DNA of 64,000 bases from Octopus sinensis. Its lineage: Eukaryota. The notes beneath the pieces are model-generated. The model was not told where the DNA came from. It worked only from the letters and a program-made list of their open reading frames with translations, and ran no database searches. The stretch covers positions 8,473-72,472 of the forward strand of contig NW_021833749.1 in assembly GCF_006345805.1 (NCBI RefSeq), given 5' to 3'. The stretch's first letter is position 1, and each line of letters opens with the position of its first letter. The position numbers were made by a program, and so were the translations under genes. Below, one piece after another: positions 24,873 to 38,664 of this stretch.

Positions 24873-26442
24873 CTATACAAACAATTTTTTAAGTAGTTCT
24901 GCTTACTCTGCGTCACAGTTACGTGCTTCTACTCACGATTTTGTTCCGGCCTGGTGACTAAGGTGTACTATCGATAAATAATATTTACTGATTTCTTACT
25001 GATTAGGAAGGTTCACTTCCTAATCAGTTCAGAATTGCCTTTCTTGGTATCTGATGCTGAAAAGAGCTTATGAGTTCGAAATGTACCCATCAGCTGACTA
25101 TGGTGTTTTAATACCTTTTTCTCCAGGACAAACTGCAGTGAAAAGCCTTTGCAAGTTCAAATACCTTTCAAATATATTTGAATTTTTCTTACGTTTGTTT
25201 GTAAGTAATTAAATAGGATAATTTTTAAAATTACCTAAAAAATTCAAAATAACTAAAACAAAATGAATATGTTGATTGGAGAACGCCACAGATTATGTCC
25301 CCTGTCAATAGAACCTCTTTGTTGTTTAAAATTGGTGAGCCCAGAATCATTCGTGAGGATTTTATGTGCAAGAAAATTGGGGTAATGCACCTCTTGTGGT
25401 TGTTAACCTGTAACGTAAGGTAATCATATCCGATGCCCTTCATTAATAACCACTCTTTCTTGTCTTTTGATCAATGTGATCCTGTTTCATTTTTAGTTAG
25501 TACTGTGTTCGGCCAGAGATCGTGCGTTTTATATCGTCTCGCTTTTGGCCTTTGTTCTAATTATTAAAAAAAAAAAGCCAAGCAGGAAGTGCTTCGAAGG
25601 ATTGCAAAGTTCAACTCATTCGAAAAGAAGACGAGTTGTTCCTCACAGGGATGGAGTGTCCCTTTACAGGGAAATGATTCGTACTCATAAACTCACAGAT
25701 TTAAGAAATGAATTCCTCGTCACCGAAGAGAATCTCTTTTCCATAGATGTACTTTCTCACACGTTTTGTTCTTTTTAAAAAATTAGGGCCCTTTTCGGTT
25801 TTCAAAAAAGTCTGTCGATCCCGCTCGGCTTGCATCTGGGTTTCATCTTGACAAAGAGATGAAGTGGTGAGAGGGAGGAGCTTCCTTGCAGTTCGCTTCT
25901 TGCTATTGTTGTTTCTATGGGTCACTCTCAGTCTCTCGCTCGCTCTCTTTGTCTCTCTCCTTCCCCTCCCTCTCACTTCTACTTCCTTCTTACTGAGAGG
26001 GAGATCATGGATCTCTTGATTGACCCTCACAAATGATACTTTTTCTGAGGAGTCTACGTTTTCTTTTACGTTCTTTTACGCGCTCACAGCTTTTGTAGGT
26101 CCTCCAAGACCGGTGAGATTATTGCCGTTGATGTTCCTCTTGAATTTTTTTAAAGACAACATGTATGAGAGAGAACTAAGTAGAAAGATAAAGAAGGACT
26201 AAATGTAGTAATTAGTGCGGTCTCTGGCAAGTTGGACACTACAAGATGATGAAAGAAAAAGCAACGAGTGGGTTTGGAAATGCTTGAGTAGAGGTAACAC
26301 AATCCCAGCAAACTCTGAAGAGCAGAGGCCGATGTAGTCGCGGTAGAAAAGGCAAAGAGAAAAGACAGCTCCTCTATAAGGAAAACGTTATCGCATTATA
26401 TTCCCTCAATTATGGACATCACTTAACTAAGGTCTTCATGAT

Positions 26443-26850
26443 AGGTTCTGGCGTGGGTGTGTGGTAAGAAGCTTGCTTCTCAACCACATAGTTCTGGGTT
26501 TCAGTCCCAGTGCGTGGCACCGTGGTCAAGTGTCTCCTGCTAAAGCCTCGGTCCGACCAAGGCTTTTTGAGTGAATTTGGTAGACGGAAACCGAAAGATT
26601 GTATATGTGTGTGTGTGTGTGCGTGTGTGTCTGTGCCTGTGTTTTTCCCCTGACACCCCTTGACAACCGGTGTCGGTGTGTTTATGTTCCCGTAACTTAG
26701 CGACTCGGCAAAATGATGGATAAAATAAGAACCAGGTTTAATTTTTTTTTTAAATAAGTACTGGGGTGTATTCATTCGACTAAAAATTCTCCAAGGTGGT
26801 GCCCCAGCTTGGCTTCGGTCTAATTAGTGAAAAGAAAAAAAACAAAAGAT
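26443..26850 (+). mobile_element. SINE family A
   Basis: Head, internal (TG)n and tail match 31849-32258. Confidence 0.8.
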
Positions 26851-28214
26851 AGCAAGCTACATCTTCGTTCAGCAAATATTGTACTTTTTAATAAAGACCA
26901 ATGTTTTACTCAATGGCACAATTTTATCTCACTAGATCTATACAGTCAGGTGTATTCCGGACTGTTGAGGCCAAAGTAAAGTACGTATTGCCTGGTTATA
27001 CTTCACTTGGGAAGTATGACAAGAATGAAACAGCTTGACAGAGAGAGGGCGCTACTAGCGCTGAGCTGTTACTCATTTACTGCTCAGTAGACCGAAGCAA
27101 TGTGAAATAAAGTGCCTTACAGAAGAACAGAACGTACCGCCTACTCCTGGAATTGAACCCATGTTATTTTGACATTGAGCCGAACACATTAACCACTTGG
27201 CTACGCGTCTCCACATGCCTACATTTATTGCACTGGAATTCATGTAATGCTTACGTGTTTTGCATTTTATGTCTTCTTTGGAGAAAAATGCTTCAAAGCA
27301 ACATAGGCAGGAATCGAACGCATTAACATGAAACCACGAACCAGTATTTTTCATAAATAGATACGCAGTGGGATGCATTGAATTGAGACTTACTTCCTTT
27401 CCTTTAAGAAATATATTTTTAAAAAAAAAAACACTGAAAAGAGGAAGAAGAATTAGAAAGGTGTATGGAAGGTGAAAACTTAAAGAGAATAAATGGAGAG
27501 AGAATGGAAAATTGGGGAAGTAAGAAGATAGAGAAGGGGTGAGAAGCTAAATAAAAGAAGTTTATGAATAAAAATAAAGGAGGAGGAGGAGGATGGAATA
27601 AGAAGAAAAAGGAAAAAATAGAATTTATAGGAATGAGGGCGGAAGGAAGGAAATTTATTAAGAAAATCAAAAATAATAATGAGCTAAAAAAATTTTTAAA
27701 CATCAAAAACCAAGTGGAGAATTCATCTAAAATGGATGATGCGTATAACGGAATGGCTTCAGGCAAGGCAATTGTTGTTGATTCAGATTTTCTGATTAAT
27801 TAAAAAATCATTCATATCTTTATGGAATATGGTTTAAAAATATTGTTTAAACAAAGAAGAATTCCATTATAGAATTAATGAAGCATCCGAGTAAATGCTG
27901 ACTTCTGGTTGAATGAGAGGTGGTCTGTGTTTCGACTTTGATCTCATATTGTGTTCCATGATTAAGGAATGATCTAATATTACCGGACAGTTAAAAGGGT
28001 ACCATTTAATGATCTTGTTTACCTGACAGTTAAAGAGGTACAACTCAATGATTCTAGCATACGAATCAGTTAAAGGGGTACCACCGGACGATCTAGTTTA
28101 CCTACCAGGTAAAGGGGTACCACGTGACACTACAATGTACTTCTGTAAATGTTACAAGGATTTGTAACTGTAGGCTGTTCCTTTAGTGTCCAACGTAGAG
28201 CAATATCATTAACA

Positions 28215-28875
<661 letters not shown>

Positions 28876-30236
28876 TATATATATATACCGTTCATCTTTC
28901 CGGGGTCGATAAAGGAAGTACCTGTTGAACACTGGGGATGATGTAATTGACTCGGCCTCCCCTCCCCACAAATTGCTTGCCTTGTGCCAAAATTTGGAAC
29001 GAATGTTTCTCATTGTTGTAAGGCGACGAGTTAGAAGAATCGTCTGCACGGTGTCTCTACCGTCTTTACGTTCTGAGTTCAAATTCTTCAAAAATCAACT
29101 TTGTTCTTCATCTTTTCGGGGTCAATAAAATAAGTACCCCTTCTCCGAAAATACTGGCCTTGTGCTAAAATTTGAAACCAATATTTATGATTGGTGTTGT
29201 TTTTAGCGTTGAAAAAAAAATGTACAAATCTGTGACTTTCCTGTCATTTTCAAGTCTGGAACTCAAAAACTGCATTTTACTCAATTATTTTTTAAAATTA
29301 TCATCAATGACGTCAATAGGAATACATTTCCATGTACAGTAATTAATTAATAAAAAGACTTAATTTTCGTGATATTTTTGATTCTCCAATGGTACCCTTT
29401 TTTCACTTGTTAATACAATATTTTTCAACCCCGCCCTCACATCTATCAGTTCCGGCCCCGGTGAAAATATATTTTATGTCAATGGCCATGTATATCGCTG
29501 TATTAATGTAGTTTTTCTTCCCATGAGATCCAAAAGTAACATTGTTTGGAACTATTTTTATTTCAGTCTTGCAAAAAACATGTTTCATGCCTAATTTAAA
29601 ACTTATAGAAATTAGTTGTTAAAGATGTGAAGTCTTTGATGCGATTCAAGTTTTAGAAAAAACTACAAGTAAGTATTGTGATTAGAAATCGTTGGTTTTC
29701 TCATTAAAATGGTGTTTGCTTACTCAAACCCAACAATATTTTCATGTAATTACTATTCCCAATACAACCATCAAAGTTAATTTATTCTGTACTTGATTAA
29801 AGTTTTGTAAGTTTCTTTGCTAAACGTATGGGACTAATTAAAGAAATAGATTTTACATGAGGTGATTAAAACATTTTAAACTATAATTTAATTAAAAAGA
29901 AAAATAATTATTTTAAATGTTCGTGTTTAAATCATTTTCATTTCAGTAACAAACATTCCAATTTACCAGAGTAACTAGATATCACCCACTCATCATGTCT
30001 TCGTTGCATGTTTTGCAAGCAACGAGAACAGTTTAGTCAAGCCCTCGTTTTCTCGAGGCAGGGTTTGAACTCAGAACGTAAAGAAGTGCCACTACGCGTA
30101 TTGTCTGACGCTCACGCGATTCTACCAGCTCAACGCCTTACTGCACCGAAATAATAACGTGATTTGATCTTTAGATTGTGGGAATCCAGAAATCATTTCG
30201 CTTCCATTATATAAAAGTTTCTCTTTTATCAGCATT

Positions 30237-31480
30237 TCCGAGGATAATTATACACACTCGAAAATTATGCACATTCTTGTTTCTGTAAGCAGAGGTCGGA
30301 CAGTTACACCATTTCTCGACAGTCTCCTTGCTTTTTGATGCACTTCTTACAGCTGTCCACAAGCTTGCTTATTCCCGCGCTTCTTCGTCTGTAGCCAATC
30401 GACGGCCTCGTAAAGGATGTTTGAGCAATCCAAATAGAGGATAGTCGGATGGGCGAGATTTGGACTGTATGCATGGTGCTCCAGCAATTCAAAACCCAAT
30501 TTTTCAATGGTTTCAACGATGTGGACGGCTGTATGTGGGTGTGCATTGTTCTGCAACAGTGGGACTTGATTTGACAATAGACCCCAGCATTCGGCGCAAA
30601 TTCTTTGTTTGAGTTTGTTGGCCAGCATTTCACTGTAGCTTACACTGGTGATTGTAGACCTCTTTTCTTGGTAATGTTCCAGTATAGCCCCTTTTGCGTC
30701 CAAAACAGTCAGCATCACTGTTTCTGTGGAAAGTTGAGTCTTGAATTTCTTTTCTACTGACAACTCCAGGCATTTCCGCACCGTTCTCTACCTTTAGGAT
30801 TCTCACTCAAAGTGATGAATCCAGATCTCATCACTTGTGACTATTCTCTCCAAAATAGCTTCGCCTTTATCGTTGTAGCGGTCGAGTAAGCGTTAACAGA
30901 TCTCCACACAATTGCGCTTATGTGTAAGCTCTCTTGGCACACATCTCGCACAGATTCTTCAGAAGCAAGGCTTGTTCTGGATGATTTCATATGTAGAACC
31001 ATATCTAATTTGTAGTGAACATGCCAGCTCACCGATGGCCACTCGTCGGTTTGCCATAATTATCTCTCGAGCTTGTTGAATCTTCACGTCAGTGGTGGAT
31101 GTTAAAGGCGTCCTGCTCCCTCTTCGTACTTCACGCTTCTCTGGCCATTAAAAAACTTCTCGATCCACTCATACACACTTCTACGCGACAGAACGCTGTC
31201 ACCGTATTGTATTGAAAGACTGCAATGAATTTCAGCCCTGACACACCTTCAGACCAGAGAGATCGGATCACTGATCTTTGTTCTTCCTTGATGCACACTG
31301 CCAGTAAAGCGGCCATGTTTACTCTGTAACACAAATAAGAAAACCGGAGTGATCCAGCTCAAACTTCGGTTACATAACCACAGGAGTACCGCCTCTTTGC
31401 ATGCGAGCGCTGAAGGTAGTTCGAAGAACCTAAAGAAAATTTTGGCGAAAGTGCGACTAATTTTTCACTTCCTCTTATAA
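30237..31480 (-). mobile_element. Mariner (DD34D-type) DNA transposon, decayed
   Basis: N-terminus AVCIKEEQRSVIRSLWSEG, RIVTSDEIWIHH, KKFKTQLSTETVMLTV, LLQNNAHPHTA, YSPNLA, KKQGD. Degenerate terminal repeat ends ...CACTTCCTCTTATA at about 31480. Stops and frameshifts present. Confidence 0.88.
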
Positions 31481-31594
31481 TAACTGTTTTAAAGAACGGG
31501 GGATGTTGTTCAACTTTTTCAGTTATTTTTCAGTAGTTTTTTTTTATTTATTGATGCTGTTTTGTTTTGCAATTGGATTGGTATAAAGCTCCTA

Positions 31595-31830
31595 TCCATC
31601 CCTCTTCACCACCCATTATTGCTGGGAGAGCCGTAGGGTAGAACACTCGACCATCTCCATAGAGGCCTTTCAAAAGCAATCGCCATTAGATTTTCTTGCT
31701 GGATTTCCAAGCATGACCAAATAGGACTATGGATGTTATTCAACCATCTCCTTCTTCGTCTACCCTTAGGTTTTCTGCCGGTTGGCTTGGCTTTAAGAAT
31801 TGTCTCGCGATTCTTTTCTGCCATTCTGTG
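31595..31830 (-). mobile_element. RTE-type LINE ORF C-terminal remnant
   Basis: ILKAKPTGRKPKGRRRRRWLNNI resembles the RTE C-terminal G-KRPRGRPRTRW motif. Confidence 0.65.
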
Positions 31831-31848
31831 GAAAAATTCGATTATTAT

Positions 31849-32258
31849 AGGCGCAGGAGTGGCTGTGTGGTAAGTAGTTTGCTTACCAGCCACATGGTTC
31901 CGGGTTCAGTCCCACTGCGTGGCACCTTGGGCAAGTGTCTTCTACTATAGCCTCAGGCCGACCAAAGCCTTGTGAGTAGATTTGGTTGACGGAAACTGAA
32001 AGAAGCCCATCGTATATATATATGTATATGTTTGTGTGAATATGTGTGTATATGTTTGTGTGTTTGTGTTTGTCCTCCCAACATCGCATGACAACCGATG
32101 CTGGTGTGGTTACGTCCTCGTGACTTAGCGGTTCGACAAAGGAGACCGATAGAATAAGTACCGGGCTTACAAAGAATAAGTCCTGGGGTCGATTTGTTCG
32201 ACTAATGGCGGTACTCCAGCAGTCAAATGACTGAAACAAATAAAAGAATAAAAGAATA
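31849..32258 (+). mobile_element. Full-length SINE family A (reference copy)
   Basis: AGGCGCAGGAGTGGCTGTGTGG head, GGTTCAGTCCC B-box, internal microsatellite, (AAAGAAT)n tail. Other partial copies lie at 1-85, 37340-37740 (-), 40170-40540 (-), 43095-43230, 45410-45630, 46760-47200, 53790-53980, 55560-55900 and 57090-57730. Confidence 0.9.
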
Positions 32259-33065
32259 TTTTCTCGTTATTGAAAAAAAAAATGATTGAAAAGTTTTATT
32301 GTGTTGTATAGTAAAGCGATGTATAAACGATACATTTTGTGTAGCAGTTGCTGAACACCCTGTAATTATGGGTAACTGCTCGTGTTTTACTTCGTATCTT
32401 TGGATTGTCTCAAGCGTTTTTATTAATTGCTTTAAATTAACCGTTGGTAGTGCTTTTTTTTAATTGCTCTAAGTGTTTATTATTAATTGCTCTAAGAATA
32501 TATTAATTAATTAAGTCTTTACATTAAGTAAACTGTTTCAGAATTTTTGTCGAGTCTTTTCTATTTTGAAGTTGATCAATATTTCAATGCTCTTTTCTTG
32601 AGAGACCGACATTTCTATCCATTTTCTGGTTTGATATTTGAAATTCTATTATTCAATCTCGAAGATATCTTAGGAAATACAAAAAATAAATCTAACTAAG
32701 GTTCTAATTCAGCGTATGGTCTGAATCGGCGATGTCAAATGTAAATTTTAAAAAAATGCAAAATGAAAGACCAAAACGGAAACGAGACGAAATATTGAAA
32801 TAATATTTGGGAATAAAATATGGTAAAACAAAAAGAGATAAAAAAATCGTCGAGCAAAACCAGAAGTATGCAGAAGTGAAATGAAGTAAACTGGCACAGT
32901 ATAAACCGATGGACATAAATAGATAGATACATACATATCTATGTATGTGTCTGTATGTTTATACATCTACATGGAAACATACATACATACATACATACAT
33001 ACATACATACATACATACATACATACATACATACATACATACATACGTACGTACACACGCATGCA

Positions 33066-33164
<99 letters not shown>

Positions 33165-33166
33165 AT

Positions 33167-33626
33167 ATTTAAAATTAAGGATAAAATCTTTATAAGAAAT
33201 TATCAGTAGTTAGCGTGAAAAACCTCGTAAGAGAAAAAATCTGTAAATTTTTCCACTTTGAAAATATTTTTTTATATTATATAGAGGGTACTATTATTCA
33301 TAGGTACCGCACGCTAGGAGGGACTTTTGCAGTCAAAACTTCTAAAATAAACAAATTGTACCGAATGCAAAACTTCAAAGCAAGTCATTTAAAAACAGAA
33401 TTTAGTTACATATCACCTGTGATTTCGCAATCAATGCAGAATATGCATTCTATGCTCTTCAGTGCAACGAACTCAAGACATATAAGAAAAAACACAACAT
33501 TACATACCCGACAGCCAACCGTAGAATTCGCCGCAGCATGTACGAATGTTTATTTTTACATATCTATGAAAATGGTGGACTTCTTCGCAATGCATTTCGG
33601 TCACAACAATATATATATATATATAT

Positions 33627-33659
<33 letters not shown>

Positions 33660-33686
33660 GATATATATATATATAGATAGATAGAT

Positions 33687-33721
<35 letters not shown>

Positions 33722-33794
33722 TTTTTTCTCTTACGAGGTTTTTCACGCTAACTACTGATAATTTCTTATAAAGATTTTATCCTTAATTTTAAAT
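33167..33794. mobile_element. Element bounded by 76-77 bp inverted repeats
   Basis: 33167-33242 is the reverse complement of 33718-33794 apart from one homopolymer indel. Confidence 0.75.
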
Positions 33795-33892
33795 TTATAT
33801 TTTTCACCGGAATAGTTTAATACTGAATTTTTATTCCGAGTAAGCATGTATATATATATATATATATGTGTGTGTGTGGATATATATATATG

Positions 33893-33929
<37 letters not shown>

Positions 33930-34264
33930 ATCAAAAAAAAAAAAGGGGTAGAATTAATTAATTGTTAATAAATTCGACCAAGCAGTATTCGGTATGTAAA
34001 GACCATTTACGGTATATTTGAAGTATTAATTTATAAAAATATGGTAAAGTAAAAAAATTACCCACAAATCCAGAAACAGACTGTCCTCGGGTATCGTATA
34101 TGGATGTGATCTTTCATTGTTTTTCCCTTATACCTATGTGAGTTATTTTCTGAGTATGCATTGTCTGGAGACTTTTATTTGCAGTTGAAGAAATAGCCTA
34201 ATTTTTGGCTGCTATTTCTGAAAAGTTCGGTGTGTGGTAAAGTGAATTTTTTTTTACTTTACCA

Positions 34265-34331
<67 letters not shown>

Positions 34332-34413
34332 ATTGTTAAACAGGACATCAAGCATTAGGGCAAGGCAAATATCTCAAGTCGTATACAATATTATTACAGG
34401 AAGAAATTGAAAA

Positions 34414-34467
34414 TCTTACAGCTGTTTCTTGGATATCCTCGAGTAAGGCATATTCCGTCATCAGAGA
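34414..34467 (-). ncRNA. Type-I hammerhead-like fold with palindromic stem III ACAGCTGT
   Basis: tct CTGATGA cggaatatgccttactcgaggatatccaa GAA ACAGCTGT A aga. GUA triplet; stem II imperfect. Confidence 0.55.
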
Positions 34468-35224
34468 CAAATTGGGGGAAAATATGGATAATGAGAATGG
34501 TATGCAGCAACAAGATGACAACATAGAGGTAGAGAGTAAAAGAATAAGGAGATGGAAAGAGAGAAGAAAAAAGAGGCATTAAATTTCATAGCTCAACTTT
34601 CCGAAGTTATAGAAACCAGAGCATGAGTCCTTAGGTGCAATCCTGCGAAGATCCATGAGCGTAAGTCTTTAGGTGAAATCCTGCGTATATCCATGTGGGT
34701 TAAAGTCCTTATATAGTAGACATCTCAAGAAAAAGACGCGAGCATACCAACGTTCAATAATAGAATTCGTTACAACACCTACTTAGCGTACCTAATTGTT
34801 TAGATCACCTGTGAACTAAACCTTCATACTCTGTATATATATGAGTATATACATGTTTCCAAAAATGAGTTTAAAGGGATATATTTTCCTGGCGGTTATC
34901 ATGTCTCCTCTTAACTCGGTTCCAGATGTCGGCTAACCACAACGGCTATTTGTTCAATTTTTAGATCAGTGACTGCGTGTCACTTTGAAAACTATATATT
35001 CGAACGGTGAGTTCAGCAACGCCATCTAGCCGAGCAGATACTCTTTGTTGATAAAGAGCAATAACTCAGAAACTAGTCCACAGATGTTGTTTTGCGCTGG
35101 ATGGGAGTGCTGAACTCCCTATTCGAAAATATAAGGACACAGATATTGTGTCGAATAGCCAGCCAGAAACGACGTTTCCTGGGGCTAATGAATAGGACAG
35201 TCACATTGTTAGCAATCAGCTTTT

Positions 35225-35309
<85 letters not shown>

Positions 35310-35328
35310 TGTGTGTGTATGTATGTAT

Positions 35329-35367
<39 letters not shown>

Positions 35368-35678
35368 TATTATTATTATTGTTATTGTTGTTTTTTTTTA
35401 TGTATTTGTATTCGTATTATTTTTTTTTGTATTTATATTCGAGTAACATCGTCCGTTTTTCTGTCCTTGTTTCGTATACATTCGATCCTTTTCCCAAGGA
35501 ATCTAATGCTCTTAGCTTAGTTTTTCCTTGGGGCTGGCCAGATTAGAGCAATCTCAAGATTAATCAGCCGAAATTGCGAGGATGATCCGGTTCTTGACTG
35601 AAGATTAAAGGCTTCAAATGACCCGTCCGTGTTTTTTGTATCGTCTATTTGGATGTTTTGCGTTCTTGTCCCATTTTG

Positions 35679-35720
<42 letters not shown>

Positions 35721-35986
35721 TGTTATATTGTTATATTTGGGGATTGTCATCTTTTGCCAACTAAGCATACGCACCTATTAGTTTATGTGTCAAAGTTCTT
35801 TCGTCCCATATTCTGTGACCGCTTCAATGACTTTCTTTAGTGTCTCTTCTTCTCTCTGATCGTGTTCTGTCTCTTCCATTTTGTCTTCCCGTGTTATCAT
35901 AAAGTCAAAATAAAATGTCATTGAAGAGATCACAGAATGTGTGACGAAAAAACTCTGACATATAAATTATTATTATTATTATATTA

Positions 35987-36021
<35 letters not shown>

Positions 36022-36094
36022 TATTATTATTATTATCATTAATAATAATAATAACAACAACAACAACAACAACAGCAACAACAACAACAACAAC

Positions 36095-36135
<41 letters not shown>

Positions 36136-36289
36136 TAATAATAATAAAAGCAACCACACTATGGGATATGCCAATACACACAGATTAAGACCATAATAAA
36201 CATTTGCTTTAGAATAATTCCACAGAGAGGAGTCCAAAGTCTGCGAGGCAACTGCTCAATCCGCATAGGATGGCGTCCTCCTCCAGTTC

Positions 36290-36600
36290 CCCCAAAAGGA
36301 ATTTCTCGATATACATGATTTACTGAAATTTTTGGATCTAAAAGAAAAATGCGCGATTTTTCAGCTACACATAGGTTGTATTTCTTAGATCTATTTACAT
36401 ATGGCATGGATTTCACTGCGATTCTGCCCTTGATTATATGTGGTATGCAACTGGTCTTCAAACCCATAAGTGCCTAGTCAACTTAATGGATTTATTTTTG
36501 TCAAAGTGCCAAAAAAGAAGAGAGCTGGTTTGCATAACTTCATTTGAAACCTCTTTCGCATATATTCATATGTAACATATGGCATAATTATAAGCAGAGC
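36290..36600 (-). mobile_element. Penelope-like element GIY-YIG endonuclease C-terminal remnant
   Basis: HFDKNKSIKLTRHLWV and AVKSMPYVNRSKKYNLCVAEKSRIFLLDPKISVN resemble the PLE pattern ST.LS.HIW.LK...PY....KRCNLCL.EK..I.....LN. Confidence 0.6.
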
Positions 36601-36695
36601 AAATTTTAGCCATTTCTCCGTAAGCTGAAAAAAATGAACAACCATAATCGATTTTCGAAACTTATTGGGTTCTCATCAGAGGTGTCTATATATAT

Positions 36696-36756
<61 letters not shown>

Positions 36757-36946
36757 TACATATATACCTACCTACCTACATACATACATACACACATACA
36801 TACATACATACATACATACATACATACATGCATGCATGCATGCATAAATATATAGTGAGAATTTACAAAAAAAAAGACAAAAGACGAAGACGGGTGTGTA
36901 ACCAACAAACAGATGTATCAGTTTAGCGGTCGGGAAGTGAGAAAGT

Positions 36947-36982
36947 CTTTTACGTTTCGAGCCTACACTCTTCGACAGAAAG
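36947..36982 (-). ncRNA. Minimal hammerhead fold with CUGUCGA core
   Basis: cttt CTGTCGA A gagt gtag gctc GAA ACGT A aaag. Confidence 0.6.
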
Positions 36983-38664
36983 GAACACAAAAATAAACAG
37001 GGATAGAAATATCGCATACCAAGACGCAATCCGTCCTTACCGGTATAAGAAAGCGGTGAACGAACGATCACTAGTGTTGCAATTAGCCTTCTGTCTGAAT
37101 AGAATTCGGTTGAAGAAGTATTAGAATAAACTAGCTACTTGTGTATCATGCTTAATGTATACAAAGTGAAAAAGGTAAATTTACTGCAGTATTCGCTGTA
37201 ATTTATCCCTAGGTTAGCCCTGAGTAAATGGACCTATGATGAAAACGATTCCAGTTCTGACCTTGCAGTCTTACTTTTTTCAGATATTTAAGACGGCATA
37301 ATCCAATATTTCTACTTTTTTAAAGACATGTTATCTTTTACTTGTTTAACTCATTAGACTGCGGCCATGCTGGGGCACCACCTTGAAGAATTTTAATGGA
37401 ACAAATCGACCCCCCCCCCCACCAGTTTTTATATTTTTTAAAGCCTGATGCTTATTTTGTCAATCTCTTTCGCTGAACCGCTAATTTACAGGGACGCAAA
37501 AAAAAACCAACACCGATTATTAGGCGGTGGAGGTGGAGACGAACACACACACATACACACACACACACATACGGTGGGGTTTCTTCATTTTCCGTTTCCC
37601 AAACTCACTCACAAGGCTTTGGTTGGCTCGAGTCTATAGAAGACATTTGCCCAAGATGCTACGCAATGGACAAAACCCCTAACCATGTGATAGAGAAGCA
37701 GACAGCCACGCCTTACCCCATAGCCACGCTTGCGCCTACCTAAACAACAGATCTACATGAATGTACATTAATATATTGCTAACTTAGCAATAAAGTAACT
37801 GATATCAGGGTGGGGAGATAGGCTCAGAATTAAAACGCTTCCCTAATAAATAATGATGTGGATTATTCCTTTATAGTAGCGAGATCGAAACCTACAATTG
37901 AAGAATAAATAAATTACTTTCTCTTCTTTCCTTCCTTTCTTTATGCTAAAGTAATTAAAAAATTCAATTATTTAGTTATTAAAGTAGGATTATAGGAAAT
38001 ATTTTATATGTAGTCAATTATAATCCTGCAACTTTAAATAAAAATGCTACGAAAACTATTTCAAATTTTCCGACTGGTTTGAAGCAAATAACTATGCCAT
38101 ATCCAGCTTGAAGTTAGATCAGTTGAGGGAGATTCTGCTGGAAGTGGGACACAGGCGAATGGTGTGTCAGTAGGTTGGAGGGGAGGGCACGCCACCGTCA
38201 TAGTGTTGGACATCGCGGGATTTAGAGTGACCGATATCATATAGGATGGAATATGAAGGCCTAGCATGAGGCTGTATTAACCAGGGGAAATCGGTGGGAT
38301 TGCGATCCGATAGCCAGAGAGGAACTCGGTTCTGTTATTGCTACTGAGGGTCGAATTGATCCAGACGTCAATCAGAAATAGGCTGGAAGACAGCTTCTCC
38401 TGAAAGTTTGGGTGGAAGGTATCGAACTCCCATATCGTTTCTATAACTTGTTCATCACTGACCATCGTGCCTTGTCTCAAGCCAAACATGACCAGCTTGG
38501 AGTGTTCCCCACTTTTTTTTCCTATACAAATGACTTCTGAGGGTTCATTTGCTGCCAATGTCTACTGTGTTGAGGTATCATGATACTGTGACTGATGATG
38601 CGAAAAGATGTTCTGAGGATGCGGCACCTGGACAAATTCTTGGATTTGGAGTAAGTGTGGATCA

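Noticed and set aside
27564-27803. 79-aa Lys/Asn-rich ORF
   Set aside because: Explained by purine- and A-rich composition; no domain recognised.
35598-35630. CTGAAGA...AAATG as a hammerhead
   Set aside because: No paired stem II and no GAAA; at best a heavily decayed remnant.
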